Positions 62,982 through 64,000 of a stretch of DNA of 64,000 nt are shown one piece after another. This DNA is from an uncultured bacterium (GTDB lineage: Bacteria > Patescibacteriota > Minisyncoccia > Phycocordibacterales > Phycocordibacteraceae). The position numbers and the translations under genes are program-made. The notes beneath the pieces were generated by a model, which did no database searches, was not told the DNA's origin, and worked only from the letters and a program-made list of their open reading frames with translations. The stretch is from contig CAIJZI010000006.1 of NCBI GenBank assembly GCA_903825105.1, forward strand, positions 1,399 to 65,398. The letters are read 5' to 3'. Numbering within the stretch: the first letter of the stretch is position 1; every line of letters starts with the position of its first letter.

Positions 62982-63667
62982 ATGTGAGAATCGATCCGTC
63001 GTGGGAGGAAAGGCTGAAAGAAGAATTCGAGAAGCCATATTTTAAAGAGCTGACGGAGTTTGTGAAGAATGAATATAAAAATGAAATCGTCTATCCGGCG
63101 CCTGGGTTTATCTTCCGCGCTTTTGATTTGTGTCCATTTGAAAAAGTAAAAGTCGTGATCTTAGGTCAAGACCCGTATCACGGGAAGGGCCAGGCGAATG
63201 GCCTCGCATTCGCTGTTGATGAAAAAATAACTGTCCCGCCATCTTTGCAAAATATTTATAAAGAAATTCAAAGCGATTTTGCTGTGCCCTGCGTAGCTTT
63301 TAGCGAAGCAGGGGCGAAGAAGAGTAGTCTTGAACATTGGGCAGAGCAGGGCGTTTTACTTCTTAATGCAACGCTGACCGTTCGCGCGAACATCGCTGGC
63401 TCGCATCAGGGTAAAGGCTGGGAACTTTTTACCGATGCAGTTATTAAAAAACTTTCAGACGAGCGCGAGAATCTCGTCTTTATCTTGTGGGGGAATTATG
63501 CGAAGGCGAAGGGCGCGCAGATTGATCGAGAGAAACATCTCGTTCTCGAAGCGCCGCACCCATCGCCCTTTTCTGCCTACAGCGGCTTCTTCGGCTGTAA
63601 ACATTTTAGTAAAGCGAATGAGTATTTAATCGTTCAGGGAGAGACACCAATCGATTGGCTCTCGTAA
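62978..63667 (+). CDS. ung: Uracil-DNA glycosylase (family 1)
   Basis: 'VVILGQDPYHGKGQANGLAF' and 'HPSPFSAYSGFFGCKHF' are the UNG catalytic motifs. Confidence 0.85.
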   Translation: MNVRIDPSWEERLKEEFEKPYFKELTEFVKNEYKNEIVYPAPGFIFRAFDLCPFEKVKVVILGQDPYHGKGQANGLAFAVDEKITVPPSLQNIYKEIQSDFAVPCVAFSEAGAKKSSLEHWAEQGVLLLNATLTVRANIAGSHQGKGWELFTDAVIKKLSDERENLVFILWGNYAKAKGAQIDREKHLVLEAPHPSPFSAYSGFFGCKHFSKANEYLIVQGETPIDWLS

Positions 63668-63728
63668 GTTGCTTTTATAAATAAATGTGGTAGATTAAAC
63701 GGCAGATTCGTACCAAAAGGAGTAGTTC

Positions 63729-63968
63729 ATGGTAACCAAAATAACGGCAATTGTTGGAATCCTTGCGTTTTTCGTGGCCGCGATTGCACTTTTCTACAGA
63801 GACTCTCTCAGAGCACAGATTCGTGCACTCACACAAGCGAGAGACTATAAGGGCATAGAACTCGGACCGTACATCAACAGAATCGAGTTCTTCACTAAGC
63901 TTGCATGGTGGGCCGGAGTCGTACTGGCGATCAGCACTGTTACCTGCTATCTATCTGCGCAATGGTGA
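63729..63968 (+). CDS. Small two-TM hypothetical protein
   Basis: 79-aa hydrophobic ORF. Confidence 0.3.
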   Translation: MVTKITAIVGILAFFVAAIALFYRDSLRAQIRALTQARDYKGIELGPYINRIEFFTKLAWWAGVVLAISTVTCYLSAQW

Positions 63969-64000
63969 ATTGAGGAATTTTGAAAAGGCCGTGGGGAACC

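Noticed and set aside
1-64000. CRISPR array
   Set aside because: Repeats present are single or paired palindromic hairpins without regularly spaced direct repeats and spacers. The Cas4-like gene at 62205 has no cas neighbours.

Overview
This 64-kb window looks like a small, moderately GC-rich bacterial genome of the streamlined Patescibacteria/CPR type. That assignment is an inference from gene content and architecture. All coding-sequence calls rest on reading the supplied six-frame translations for family-specific motifs; nothing was searched or computed. Coordinates I derived by hand for RNAs, repeats, terminators and adjusted starts may be off by 1-2 nt.

The backbone genes are:
- a 5'-truncated cysteine desulfurase
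- clpB
- an unannotated bL33 (rpmG) gene
- a MazG-like NTPase
- a DsbA-like protein and a DedA protein
- a VirD4/TraD-like ATPase followed by an 858-aa Pro/His-rich membrane protein
- an FKBP PPIase
- a sortase with nearby secreted/surface repeat proteins
- tgt, uvrB, uvrA, a short uvrC and ddl
- a tRNA-Ala(UGC)
- a minus-strand tRNA cluster: Pro(CGG), Val(CAC), Ala(GGC), Ala(CGC)
- ychF, leuS, mltG, mnmA
- an ATP-cone/Mrr-like nuclease, a Cas4-like nuclease and ung

Two things stand out.

First, a roughly 15-19 kb accessory island sits between the tRNA cluster/AT-rich membrane-gene block and ychF. In gene order it carries:
- a Zn-ribbon protein
- a Z1-domain protein plus a C5-cytosine methyltransferase
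- a PD-(D/E)xK nuclease plus an EcoRI-methylase-like N6-adenine methyltransferase
- a DUF262-HNH (GmrSD-like) protein and a DUF2130 protein
- an XRE regulator, a primase-polymerase/AAA helicase and an excisionase-like HTH protein
- a large serine recombinase whose 3' end overlaps the ychF start codon region

This reads as an integrative element loaded with several restriction/defense modules, some combinations of which are not classic.

Second, at least three families of short palindromic (double-hairpin) repeats are present. They sit in intergenic/terminator positions and also as in-frame insertions inside housekeeping genes (leuS, uvrB, uvrC, tgt and a hypothetical ORF). Related copies encode similar peptides, for example 'PTPKS…LGVG(H)P' and 'FVNPSS'. 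This is reminiscent of Rickettsia palindromic elements.

Smaller observations are:
- an in-frame TAG that splits a DUF975 gene just after the tRNA-Ala
- a 250-nt ORF-free transcript candidate (promoter plus intrinsic terminator) upstream of uvrA
- a duplicated terminator hairpin flanking a stand-alone receiver-domain gene
- tandem ~85-aa Cys-bracketed repeats in a surface protein

No CRISPR array was seen.
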